Assembly (NCBI GenBank): GCA_016926735.1
Contig: JAFGOA010000063.1
Span: 1 to 64,000 of the forward strand
DNA: 64,000 bases
Reading direction: 5' to 3'
DNA from: Promethearchaeota archaeon
Lineage (GTDB): Archaea; Asgardarchaeota; Lokiarchaeia; Sigyniarchaeales; SOKP01
Shown here piece after piece: positions 10,502-20,488 of the stretch (within the stretch, counting starts at the first letter, position 1; the number at the start of each line of letters is the position of its first letter). The notes beneath the pieces were generated by a model. The model saw nothing but the letters and a program-made list of their open reading frames with translations. It had not been told where the DNA came from and ran no database searches. A program made the position numbers and the translations under genes.

Positions 10502-10846
10502 AGTTCAAAAATTGAAAGATAATAAAAATTAAAAATCTTTTTATGAATTTTAGATAATTTTCCTTTTAGTTTTTCTTTTCTGTAATAGAAATCTGTTTTA
10601 TTTTCATAATGTAATATGTTTGACTATAAATTATTATAATAATGTTATCATAAAAATCTAATTTCAGATATTTCCTTGGAAAAAATAAAAAATACCAAGG
10701 TTTAAAAATTCTTTAACTATGTTTTTGTAAAACAAATTTTTTTATAATTTAGAAGGTTATTAGTTACATTAAAAAATTTTTCAAATTTTAAATTATAAAA
10801 CAATTAGAAATCAAAAGTTAGTAAACTTCCGATAAGGTGAATTACT

Positions 10847-11383
10847 ATTTCAATTTATGATGCAACTTTTAAGCTGGTAGTCTTTGGGGATGCAGGTACT
10901 GGAAAAACTACTCTTACTCATAGATTTTTAACAAATTTATTCAAATCAGATAGTACTATGACTATTGGTGTAGATTTTAATGTAAAAAGTCTTGAAGTAA
11001 ATGGAAAAAAAGTAAAATTACAAATTTGGGATTTTGGTGGAGAAGAGAGATTCAGGTTTTTACTACCAACTTATGTTAGGGGTGCTGCTGGAGCTTTATT
11101 CATGTATGATATAACAAACTTTTCTTCTTTAGCACATATTGATGATTGGTTGATGGTTGTGAAAAAAGAACTTAAGCCGGATCATGTATTTCCTATTTTA
11201 ATGGTTGGGGGAAAAGCTGATTTGGTTGATCAAAGAGAAGTTCCTTCTGATGAAGGTATAAATATTGCAAAATCCAGAGGTTTAAGTGGATATATTGAAT
11301 GTAGTTCAAAGACAGGAAAAAATGTTGAAAAAACATTTGAAGGTATCACCCAGCTTATGATAAAAAATTCTCGTTTAGAATAA
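10847..11383 (+). CDS. Rab-like small GTPase with probable ATT start (ORF track started too late, at 10958)
   Basis: Frame extends upstream through FKLVVFGDAGTGKTT (G1) to an in-frame TGA at 10838-40; AGGTGA SD followed by ATT at 10847 gives MSIYDATFKLVVFG; G3 WDFGGEE, G4 GGKAD, G5 CSSKTG. Confidence 0.9.
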   Translation: MSIYDATFKLVVFGDAGTGKTTLTHRFLTNLFKSDSTMTIGVDFNVKSLEVNGKKVKLQIWDFGGEERFRFLLPTYVRGAAGALFMYDITNFSSLAHIDDWLMVVKKELKPDHVFPILMVGGKADLVDQREVPSDEGINIAKSRGLSGYIECSSKTGKNVEKTFEGITQLMIKNSRLE

Positions 11384-11428
11384 AAAATAGAAAATCTACA
11401 AAAAAAACAGTTGTTAAAAAAAGAGAAT

Positions 11429-13231
11429 TTATATCTTATCTTGTTCTTGTGGTTCTCCATATTTTTCACGATAAATAGGATCATTAATTTGAAGAATCCT
11501 CCGTTGTACCTTTCCAATTAAGTTTTTTGGAATATCATCAATAATATCAATATAGTAAGGTCTTTTGAAATGAGTTATATTTTCATTAATCCAATCTTTA
11601 ATCTCATCTAATGTGATTTTGGATCTTGGAATTAATTTAATCCATGCTTTAATTACTTCTCCAAAACTTTCATGCGGTATCCCTGTTATTGCTACTTCTG
11701 AAATTTCTGGGTGCGCCATTATCAATTCCTCTACTTCTTTTGGAAATACAGAATATCCTTTTACTTTTATGAGTTCTTTTTTTCGGTCTTTTAAAACAAC
11801 GGTTCCATCTTTATTCATAAACCCAATATCTCCTGTTAACAACCATAATTTCCCCTTATATTCCCGAAAAACTGAACTTGTTTCTTCTGGTTGATTTAAG
11901 TATTCTAACATCACCTGTGGTCCATGGATACATAGTTCACCAATATGTTCTTCCCCATAATTTGTATCTTCTGGATCTCCCAAACAAATTGGTCCTTTGT
12001 TAAAGTCATCTATTGGCCAAATCCCCCATTCCATACCTGGATAAGGTAATCCAATTACTCCAACTGGACTTTCTCCAAATAAATTTCCCGCACAAACAAC
12101 AGGACTCGCTTCTGTTAATCCATATCCTTCGACGAGATTTCCATTTGTATTTCTTACAAATGCATCACGAACACTTTCATGTAATGGTCCTGCTCCAGAA
12201 ATACATAATATTAATTTTCCCATTATTCCCGGATATTTATGCATTTTCTTAAATTCTGCCAATCTCTTAAATAATAATTCTGCTCCTACATAAGCAAATC
12301 CTCGATTTGTTGCCAATTTCTCAATACTTTCCACAATCTCCTCAGTTGGAGGTGGTTTTGGGAAGATTAACATCCATCCACCAAAAACAATAGTTGCATT
12401 CATTACTACTGTATGAGCAAAACTGTGAAAAAAGGGCATTACTCCAATATTTCCTAATTCGGGTTCTTCTCCTCCTAACCAAAGTTTACTCTGATAGGCA
12501 TTCGCATATGTATTAAAGTGTGTTAAAATTGCTGCTTTAGGTAAACCTGTTGTACCTCCTGTCATAATATACGTTGCAGGATCTAATTTTACATCTAGAT
12601 CTACTTTTGGTACATTTGGTTCTATTTGCATAAGGTCAATAAATTTAAAAGCACCAGGAAAATCAACTTTTCCAGTTGGAATTTTCTTAAATATTTTTCC
12701 TAAAATTCTTTTAATACCTAAACCATGTGCTAAGTCCGCTATATTAGTATAAATTACTTTTTCTACACTAGATTTATTGATAATAGGTTTTATATTATCT
12801 TTATATAAATAATCCAAAGCAATTAGCACTTTAGGTTTAATTGCTTGTAATTGATGTAATATTTCTATTGGTTTATATGTAGGATTAATTCCTGAAACTA
12901 TTGCACCAATTCTAATTACAGCATAATATGAAACAACATATTGTATACTATTAGGTAAATGTAATGCTACAACATCTCCTTTTCTAACACCCAATTTATA
13001 TAGAGCTGTAGCAAATTTCAGTACATATTCATGAAATTCTGAATAGGATACCCATGTATCCAAAAACCACATTAAATGTTTATCTTGATATATCTTTACT
13101 TTTTCATCAAGTATGTCATTTAATGACTTTTCTTCAAATTGAACGGTTTTTGGGACATTTTCAGGCCACCATTTTTGGAACCATACTTTTTTTTCGTCAA
13201 TCTGATATGTATCATCTTTATTTACAGGCAA
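11429..13231 (-). CDS. Long-chain fatty-acid--CoA ligase (AMP-binding enzyme)
   Basis: MTGGTTGLPKAA, EGYGLTEASP, LLTGDIG, DRKKELIK, GKVQRR; TTG start with GGGAGTGA SD. Confidence 0.93.
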   Translation of the reverse strand: MPVNKDDTYQIDEKKVWFQKWWPENVPKTVQFEEKSLNDILDEKVKIYQDKHLMWFLDTWVSYSEFHEYVLKFATALYKLGVRKGDVVALHLPNSIQYVVSYYAVIRIGAIVSGINPTYKPIEILHQLQAIKPKVLIALDYLYKDNIKPIINKSSVEKVIYTNIADLAHGLGIKRILGKIFKKIPTGKVDFPGAFKFIDLMQIEPNVPKVDLDVKLDPATYIMTGGTTGLPKAAILTHFNTYANAYQSKLWLGGEEPELGNIGVMPFFHSFAHTVVMNATIVFGGWMLIFPKPPPTEEIVESIEKLATNRGFAYVGAELLFKRLAEFKKMHKYPGIMGKLILCISGAGPLHESVRDAFVRNTNGNLVEGYGLTEASPVVCAGNLFGESPVGVIGLPYPGMEWGIWPIDDFNKGPICLGDPEDTNYGEEHIGELCIHGPQVMLEYLNQPEETSSVFREYKGKLWLLTGDIGFMNKDGTVVLKDRKKELIKVKGYSVFPKEVEELIMAHPEISEVAITGIPHESFGEVIKAWIKLIPRSKITLDEIKDWINENITHFKRPYYIDIIDDIPKNLIGKVQRRILQINDPIYREKYGEPQEQDKI

Positions 13232-13455
13232 AATATATTCACTCCCAACTTATATTGATTTTTTTTATTCGATTACCCTGCTTAAAAGAATAAAATTGAA
13301 ATTAAAATACTAATAAAATTAGAAATTTTAAATATTTCTAATTGCAGCAGTACAAAGTATAATTATATATTATATTTTCTAGCATTGTAAAATTTGAAAA
13401 AAAACCCCGATTAATAATATAATAAAAGAAAAAGAAAAAAATTAAAGGAAAACTT

Positions 13456-14469
13456 TTAAAATTCTGTCTCATCCATCCAAATAAATGTTACCAGAAAAAC
13501 AATAATAAATACTCCAGCTAATACTATCATACTTATTATACTGATAATCTCAGCACTCGAACTTTGAAATATTAAGACATTTGATCCCATAAATAATGCT
13601 GCTAAAATATATCCTAAGATATGGCTTTTATAACTTCCTGATTTCTGTCTTTCTGCAAAATGATTTACTATAGAAACAAAGATTATTAATATAAATCCTG
13701 CTGTATAGAATACTTCTATAATTTTAAATTCTCCATAAGCTAAAATTAAAAGAAAAATAAATAATCCAAGTTCTACAATATTCACATACCACATTTTTTT
13801 CTTCTGAGTTTTTTCTACAAATATTGATTCATATTCACTCACTCCCTTATTCGCTAACAAAACAAACAAAGATCCTACTGCTAGTGCAGTACAAAGACAA
13901 TAACTTATATTATAAATATGATATGTCAAATCTTGCCAAATTGATAGCGAAAATAAGAAAGAAATACGCAAATATTCACCTACTATCGAAATCGTACAAA
14001 AAATAGGTAAAAGTGCTGCAATGACCATAAGAATTTTTGTATAGAAAGGAGTTTTGGATTCATCCCAATTATCTTTTTTTCTAGTAGTCACATGCCAAGC
14101 TACTGACATAAAACTTAAAATCGAAACAAAAGGAGTTATTATTGGTAAAATAAAAATAAAGATTACTACTATTGCAATAGCACCATAAAATAATTTCAGT
14201 CTTAAAGGAACTATTGCAATTGTGCTATCCATATTATCAAAACTCATCGCAAGTCTATTTAAAAAAATTGCTATGAAAAAAAACCATGATAAACTAAAGA
14301 CTAAAGGACATAATACTTTTGTCATCCAAAAAACAAGATTTACATCAGTCGAATACCATAAACTAAAATCTGCAAACATAAAGATTAAAAATGAAGATAA
14401 AGGAATTATGATAAGTGTAACTAAAACAATTAATCTACTAACTATTATACCTCCAACTTTACGGGACAT
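13456..14469 (-). CDS. Polytopic membrane protein of unknown function
   Basis: About 9-10 hydrophobic segments. Confidence 0.7.
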   Translation of the reverse strand: MSRKVGGIIVSRLIVLVTLIIIPLSSFLIFMFADFSLWYSTDVNLVFWMTKVLCPLVFSLSWFFFIAIFLNRLAMSFDNMDSTIAIVPLRLKLFYGAIAIVVIFIFILPIITPFVSILSFMSVAWHVTTRKKDNWDESKTPFYTKILMVIAALLPIFCTISIVGEYLRISFLFSLSIWQDLTYHIYNISYCLCTALAVGSLFVLLANKGVSEYESIFVEKTQKKKMWYVNIVELGLFIFLLILAYGEFKIIEVFYTAGFILIIFVSIVNHFAERQKSGSYKSHILGYILAALFMGSNVLIFQSSSAEIISIISMIVLAGVFIIVFLVTFIWMDETEF

Positions 14470-14666
14470 TAATTTATCAATTCTTATTATTATCTATTAA
14501 ATAATATTATAATTAATTTCTTTCTATTAAATTTTTATAATACCCTAACTCAAATGAAGAATTTTATAACTTAAAAATAAATCAATCTATTTTATTTTTA
14601 ATGTAAATAATTGAAGTAAAAATAAAATAAAAATTAGAACCTTATAATAAAATAGAGATTAAAAAA

Positions 14667-15359
14667 TCATTTTATATTTTGAATTTTACCACGTTTCATA
14701 GTTATTATTTTGTTTGCATAACTATTTAATTTATCTCGATGAGTGACTACGACTACAGTTGTATCCGAATCCTTATTAATTTCTTTTAATAGATCCATAA
14801 TTTCTTTTTCTGACTCGGGGTCTAGATTTCCCGTGGGTTCATCTGCTAATATTACTCTTGGTCTATGAATGATTGCTCTTGCCAATCCACATTTTTGTTT
14901 TTCTCCACCACTTAATTGAACTGGAAAATGATCTTTTCTTTCAATTAAATTAACGTCTCTAAGTGCTGTTATTGCTCTTCTTTCGATCTCAGAAGTTCTT
15001 AAGACTGTTGGCCATAATACACTTTCCACATTTTCCATTGCTGTTAAAGTATTGATTAAATTGAAATCTTGAAAAACAAATCCAATTTTCATTCTTCTTA
15101 TACGAGAGAGTCTATCTTCTTTTGCTCGAGCTATGTTTTCTCCATCAAAGATAATTTTTCCGGAATCAGGAATATCTAAACCTGATAGAACATTTAATAA
15201 TGTAGACTTACCACATCCAGTTGGCCCTTGGATTATTACAAATTCACCAGATTTAATTGTTAAATTTACATCATTCAAAGCATGTATGATTGCACCAGCG
15301 CGTCGATATTCCTTATTTACATTCATCGCTTCAATCATAGTATCTTTAGATATTGGCAT
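14667..15359 (-). CDS. ABC transporter ATP-binding protein (LolD/FtsE/MacB-like)
   Basis: GPTGCGKST, GFVFQDFNL, LSGGEKQ, ILADEPTGNLD, VTH. Confidence 0.95.
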   Translation of the reverse strand: MPISKDTMIEAMNVNKEYRRAGAIIHALNDVNLTIKSGEFVIIQGPTGCGKSTLLNVLSGLDIPDSGKIIFDGENIARAKEDRLSRIRRMKIGFVFQDFNLINTLTAMENVESVLWPTVLRTSEIERRAITALRDVNLIERKDHFPVQLSGGEKQKCGLARAIIHRPRVILADEPTGNLDPESEKEIMDLLKEINKDSDTTVVVVTHRDKLNSYANKIITMKRGKIQNIK

Positions 15360-15364
15360 TTTTT

Positions 15365-15910
15365 TTACTCACCTACTCTTTTTAATGCTATTAATGGTCT
15401 TACTTTTAATACTTTACTATAAATTATAATAATTGAAAAGAGTTGTACACCTATAAATAAAAAGCTGGTCACAAGTATAGGTACCAATTCAATCAATATT
15501 GAAGGAAGATCAAATTCTATATCTGCACTTGCGAGATACGCAAGAATTGCTGTGTAATGAAATACAACTTCAATTACAATAATTAAACCCATAAGCGTAG
15601 TAAAAATTATAATTCCTGAAATAATAGATATTATATTTTTATTGGTATATCCTATGCATTTAAGTGTCGCCCAATCTCGTCGTTTACGGGAAACTAAAAT
15701 AAAAGCATAAAGTAAAGACATGGCTAAGCTGACAATTAAAAAAATTAAAATTAGATATCCTGCTGAACCAGTAAACCCATTTTCATATGTGTTATTCCAA
15801 AATAGACTTGTTAAAAAAATCAATAATGTATAAATCAAGGTAAATATTATAAAGGTTCTTTTTTCCCTTAGTGTTAAAAGGACTCCTTTTCTCCATATAC
15901 GCAATCCCAA
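15365..15910 (-). CDS. Minimal FtsX-like ABC permease
   Basis: 4 TM segments; RRDWATLKCIGYT motif; C-terminal VRPLIALK; no large extracellular loop. Confidence 0.8.
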   Translation of the reverse strand: MGLRIWRKGVLLTLREKRTFIIFTLIYTLLIFLTSLFWNNTYENGFTGSAGYLILIFLIVSLAMSLLYAFILVSRKRRDWATLKCIGYTNKNIISIISGIIIFTTLMGLIIVIEVVFHYTAILAYLASADIEFDLPSILIELVPILVTSFLFIGVQLFSIIIIYSKVLKVRPLIALKRVGE

Positions 15911-16013
15911 ACTATGTCAACCTTTTTTTTTATATAAATATATAAGCTATTAATTTAAATTATAGTACTATATTAGTTATATAAATAAAACACGCATATA
16001 ATATTTAGGAAAA

Positions 16014-16415
16014 ATGTCAAATTTAGAATCTATTATTGATAATCTTTTGGATAAAGAGCAAAACGTACATGGTGTAGCTATTATTGGAAAAGATGGACAA
16101 TTAATAACCCAAACAGAAAATTGGAATATTGCAAATGATTTATCTCTAATCAATAAATTACTCCAAACACATTTAAAATTAGGAGAAAAGGGGATCTCAA
16201 GCATTGAAATCCAAGGAATTAAATATATGATTGTTGAAAATACTGAAGAAAGAAAGATTGGAACTAATATAACAGGGAAAGGTCATTTGATAATTTGTCC
16301 TGTTCCTATTGGAGGTACTGGTGCACTTGTTTGTTATATTAATCCACAAATTAGTCCTCGAGATGCATTATTCACAGTTCAAGAATTTGCAAAAGAATTA
16401 GATAATATTATCTGA
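16014..16415 (+). CDS. Asgard (Loki-type) profilin
   Basis: Closely resembles characterised Loki profilin as recalled: HGVAIIGKDGQLITQTENWNI, IQGIKYMIVENTEERKIGTNITGKGH, PIGGTGAL. Confidence 0.92.
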   Translation: MSNLESIIDNLLDKEQNVHGVAIIGKDGQLITQTENWNIANDLSLINKLLQTHLKLGEKGISSIEIQGIKYMIVENTEERKIGTNITGKGHLIICPVPIGGTGALVCYINPQISPRDALFTVQEFAKELDNII

Positions 16416-16467
16416 ATTAATATTTTTTTCTTTTCTTTATTTTGAATAATAAAATAAATAGTTGATA

Positions 16468-18834
16468 TTATTCTCCCATTTTAACAACGATTTCATGACT
16501 TTTGTTATCATTAAAAATTGGAATTAAATTTCCATTAATATTTTTATTATCTACGATGATCTCTTGAATTCCTTTTGAGATATGATCTGGATTTTGAACA
16601 ATAATTTTATATATTGAATTTCTATAATTTCGAATCACATTAAATCCATTCCATGATTCGGGGATGCATGGATCAATCAGTAGACCTTTAAATTCAGGTC
16701 TTATACCAAGTATCCAATCTGTTGCTGCTTTTAATGTCCAAGCAGCTGTTCCTGTAAGCCATGAATTTCTTGCGTTTCCAAATTTAGGATGATCATTACC
16801 AGTAATCATTTGAGCAAAAACATAAGGTTCTGCCCTATGAATATCTGCGATATTATTTTTTGTTGTTGGTGCAATTTTTTCATAATATTCATAAGCATAA
16901 TTACCTCTACCTATAATACATTCTGCTATTTCAGCCCAAGGATTAGTATGACTAAAAATACTTCCATTTTCTTTAAGACCCGGTGTAAAAGAAGATATTC
17001 CTCCAAATTTAGGATAAAAACGTGAATAAGGGGGATTCAATAATTTTATTCCATAGTCTGTAACTAAATATTTTCTCACAGAATTCATACATTTTAAAGC
17101 TCTCTCTTTAGGTGCAATACCACTAAAAACAGCCCAAGATTGTGTATTGAGGAAAATTCTTCCTTCCTTATTTTTATGACTTCCTATTACTGTTCCATCA
17201 TCATCAAAAGCACGTATATACCATTCTCCATCCCATGCTTTTTTATTGAGAAGATCTTTCATTTCATCCGCAAGTTTTTTAAATTCTAAACAATCATCAT
17301 TAATACCTGATTGCTGTGCAATATCATACAAATCTAATAAAGCTTTATGGTATTGCATTGCAACCATTATACTTTCACCCTGTTTATGAGGTCCACGCAA
17401 TTGTAGAGTATCGTTCCAGTCCGCTGTACCAATCAATGGGAATCCATGGGGGCCTGTATGATTTTTAGTGAATTCTATAGCTCTTTTAAGATGATCATAC
17501 ATATTTTCTATAGTTCCTTCAACATAGGGTACATTTTCTTTCAAAATAGAATAGTCTCCTGTTTCTTTTATATAATTACTTAAGGCGAATATCATCCATA
17601 AATGATCATCACCAAAAAAAACTTGTTGCTGGTTTGTATAGTTAGGAAAATCTCCTTTTTTTGTTATTGGATAATATAAATGATATACCTTTCCGCTTTC
17701 AAATTGAATTCCTGCTGTTATTAATAGTTTCTGACGGACTTTTTTTGGAAGTCTATCACAAACCCCCAAAGTATCTTGATTAAAATCACGAAATCCTATA
17801 CCTCTCCCGATACCGGTTTCATAAAATGAAACATAACGAGACCAATCAAAAGTTGTTTTACATTGATATGGATTCCAGATATTTACAATTAAGTTAAAAT
17901 TTTTATCTGGTGTATTTGCTTCAAATCCTTTTAGGTAATTATTCCAATTATTTTTTAATTCTTTAAAAGAGGATTCAATCTTATCAATATTATCATATTT
18001 ACTTATAAATTCCTTTATCTTTGTTTTATTTTGAGAAAGTCCTAAAAGAAAAATCACCTTTTTAGTTTCATTTGGTTTTAAAGTTATTTTACTTGATGTT
18101 GCGGCTATAGGATTTCCACCTAAAGCTATAGAATTAGAACAAGCACCTTTTTCGACTCCAATAGGATTTTCTTCTGAACGATAATTTCCAATAAAGCTTT
18201 CTCTATCTCCATCATAAGTTTCTATATTATTGCTAGAATAAAAGAAAAATAATCCATTCAATAAGCTAAAAAGGTTATAAACCATTGAATTAATTTCCTC
18301 ATCATATTTTGAGACAGCAATATTTAGATTGTATTGTAAATCTTTTTGATCGCTATCAGCATCCCAAATACAAAATTCAGCATATGAGAATAGATCTAAA
18401 TTTTTTAATTTAGAAGTTTCATTTTTAACGGTTAATATCCATAACTCTAAATCATCATTTGGAGGTACAAAATACAACACTTCACTATTGATTCCTTGAT
18501 AAGAGGAACTGATTTTTGTATATCCAAGTCCATGAGCGCACTTATAATCATCGAGTTTTTTCATCGTTGGTTGCCAAGTAGGAGACCAATATTCGGATGT
18601 CTCTCTATCTCTTAAATATAAATATCTACCTGGGCGGTCTACTGGAATATTGTTATATCTATATCGAAGAATCCTATTTTCTTTTGGATCAATATAAAAA
18701 CTATAACCCCCTCCTGTATTAGAGACCATAGCACAATATTTTCCATTGTTAAGATAATTAATCCATGGTGTAGGTGTGTCTGGTCTAGTAATAATATATT
18801 CTCTATTATCTTCAGAAAAATAACCATAATTCAT
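16468..18834 (-). CDS. GH94 glycoside phosphorylase (cellobiose/chitobiose phosphorylase-like)
   Basis: YGYF..DNREYIITRPDTPTPWINYL; GRGIGFRD.NQD; catalytic ADWND; KENGSIFSHTNPW; NSWLTGTAAW. Confidence 0.93.
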   Translation of the reverse strand: MNYGYFSEDNREYIITRPDTPTPWINYLNNGKYCAMVSNTGGGYSFYIDPKENRILRYRYNNIPVDRPGRYLYLRDRETSEYWSPTWQPTMKKLDDYKCAHGLGYTKISSSYQGINSEVLYFVPPNDDLELWILTVKNETSKLKNLDLFSYAEFCIWDADSDQKDLQYNLNIAVSKYDEEINSMVYNLFSLLNGLFFFYSSNNIETYDGDRESFIGNYRSEENPIGVEKGACSNSIALGGNPIAATSSKITLKPNETKKVIFLLGLSQNKTKIKEFISKYDNIDKIESSFKELKNNWNNYLKGFEANTPDKNFNLIVNIWNPYQCKTTFDWSRYVSFYETGIGRGIGFRDFNQDTLGVCDRLPKKVRQKLLITAGIQFESGKVYHLYYPITKKGDFPNYTNQQQVFFGDDHLWMIFALSNYIKETGDYSILKENVPYVEGTIENMYDHLKRAIEFTKNHTGPHGFPLIGTADWNDTLQLRGPHKQGESIMVAMQYHKALLDLYDIAQQSGINDDCLEFKKLADEMKDLLNKKAWDGEWYIRAFDDDGTVIGSHKNKEGRIFLNTQSWAVFSGIAPKERALKCMNSVRKYLVTDYGIKLLNPPYSRFYPKFGGISSFTPGLKENGSIFSHTNPWAEIAECIIGRGNYAYEYYEKIAPTTKNNIADIHRAEPYVFAQMITGNDHPKFGNARNSWLTGTAAWTLKAATDWILGIRPEFKGLLIDPCIPESWNGFNVIRNYRNSIYKIIVQNPDHISKGIQEIIVDNKNINGNLIPIFNDNKSHEIVVKMGE

Positions 18835-18967
18835 AAAAAAATCTCAAATTTAAGAAAAATTTGTATAATTATAACAATAAAGTAATATAAATTAAATTTT
18901 TTAAAATAAAGAATTAAAGCTAGATCTTATATTTTTTATATTACTTAATTAGAATAAAAAAAAAAAC

Positions 18968-20455
18968 ATGACTATCCACGAGACTAATATTCTTTTAGAA
19001 CCTCCTAACGAATATTTTATTCCAGAAATCTCTGCCAAATTTAAAAATGAAAATTTTATCTCATTAAAATATGCTGAGGGGATTTTTTCAAGATATATGA
19101 ATTTATGGAATAATATGCTTATATGGGGAGATAATAAGGATATTATGAATACTTTACTAAAAGACTATAAAGACAAAATAGACCTTATTTATATTGATCC
19201 TCCTTTTTTTACAGGTAGTGAATATAATAAGCGGATTTTTCTAAATAAGCAATATATTAAAAAAATTTCATATAATGACAAATGGAATAATAATTTAAAT
19301 TTATATTTAAATTTCCTTCAAGAAAGATTAAATATCATGAAAGATCTTTTATCAAAACAAGGATCGATCTATGTTCACCTCGATTGGCATGTCAACCATC
19401 ATATTAAACTTCTTATGGATAGAATATTTGGTACTGTAAATTTTAGAAATGAAATTATTTGGTTTTATCCTGCAGCATCCTCTCAAACAAAAAGATATTA
19501 TGTTCGATCATATGATTCTATTTTTTTTTACACAAAAACAAATGAATATATTTTTAATGATACCCCAGAGATTTACATGGATTATTCTAATCGGGTAAAG
19601 GATGCATTAAAAAAAGATCAAAATGGGATTTATTATCACAGAGGAGGAAGTCATGATGGTAAAAAATTAAAAAAAAAAATCTATTTAAATAAAAGAGGGA
19701 TATTTCCAAGAGATGTTTGGATAGATATTCCATACGTTAGAGCGAATACTCCTGAATATCAAGGTTTCTTTACACAAAAACCAGAAAGACTACTTAAGAG
19801 AATAATTTTAGCTTCTAGTAATAAAGATAGCATTGTTGCAGATTTTTTTTGTGGATCGGGAACAACTATTGCTGTAGCAGAAAAATTAGGACGAAAATGG
19901 ATTGGATGTGATAAAAATAAAGAATCAATAATTACAACTTGGAAGAGATTACTTGAATTAAATAACTCTAATGATTTGTTAAATTGGAATGATAAATATA
20001 AAATATCCCTTAATCCATTTAAGTTATTTAATATGAATAAAAAAAAAAAAGAAGTTAAAATTCCTAAAAAAATATTCAAAATTAATAATAAGAAGCACTT
20101 AGACTCTCTTTCGAAATCTGAGTCTAATATTGAATTAGATATTAAGAGAAATAAAAATAAAATAAAGCTAGAATTTGTTAATTTCAATGTCCCTTATTTT
20201 GATTTGCTTAATGATGATGTAAAATTATCTATAAAAGATTGGTATGAATTGATTGATTCCATTTCCATCGATTTTAATTATAGAAATGAAATTTTTAAAC
20301 CAACTTGGATTTCATATAAAACCCCAAAAAAAAGGAAATTATCTCTTGAAACTGGAGAATTTGAATATGAAGAACATAATTCTTATACTCTTAAAATAAA
20401 AGTAATTGATTTTCTTGGATTTGAAACAATGAAAAATATCACTATTAATACTTAA
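18968..20455 (+). CDS. Site-specific DNA methyltransferase (beta-class N6/N4, Mod-like); no cognate restriction gene adjacent
   Basis: IDLIYIDPPF precedes TQKPERLL and DFFCGSGTT; GSIYVHLDWH. Confidence 0.9.
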   Translation: MTIHETNILLEPPNEYFIPEISAKFKNENFISLKYAEGIFSRYMNLWNNMLIWGDNKDIMNTLLKDYKDKIDLIYIDPPFFTGSEYNKRIFLNKQYIKKISYNDKWNNNLNLYLNFLQERLNIMKDLLSKQGSIYVHLDWHVNHHIKLLMDRIFGTVNFRNEIIWFYPAASSQTKRYYVRSYDSIFFYTKTNEYIFNDTPEIYMDYSNRVKDALKKDQNGIYYHRGGSHDGKKLKKKIYLNKRGIFPRDVWIDIPYVRANTPEYQGFFTQKPERLLKRIILASSNKDSIVADFFCGSGTTIAVAEKLGRKWIGCDKNKESIITTWKRLLELNNSNDLLNWNDKYKISLNPFKLFNMNKKKKEVKIPKKIFKINNKKHLDSLSKSESNIELDIKRNKNKIKLEFVNFNVPYFDLLNDDVKLSIKDWYELIDSISIDFNYRNEIFKPTWISYKTPKKRKLSLETGEFEYEEHNSYTLKIKVIDFLGFETMKNITINT

Positions 20456-20488
20456 ACAGTTTATTTACACTTTAAAAGTAATACAAAT

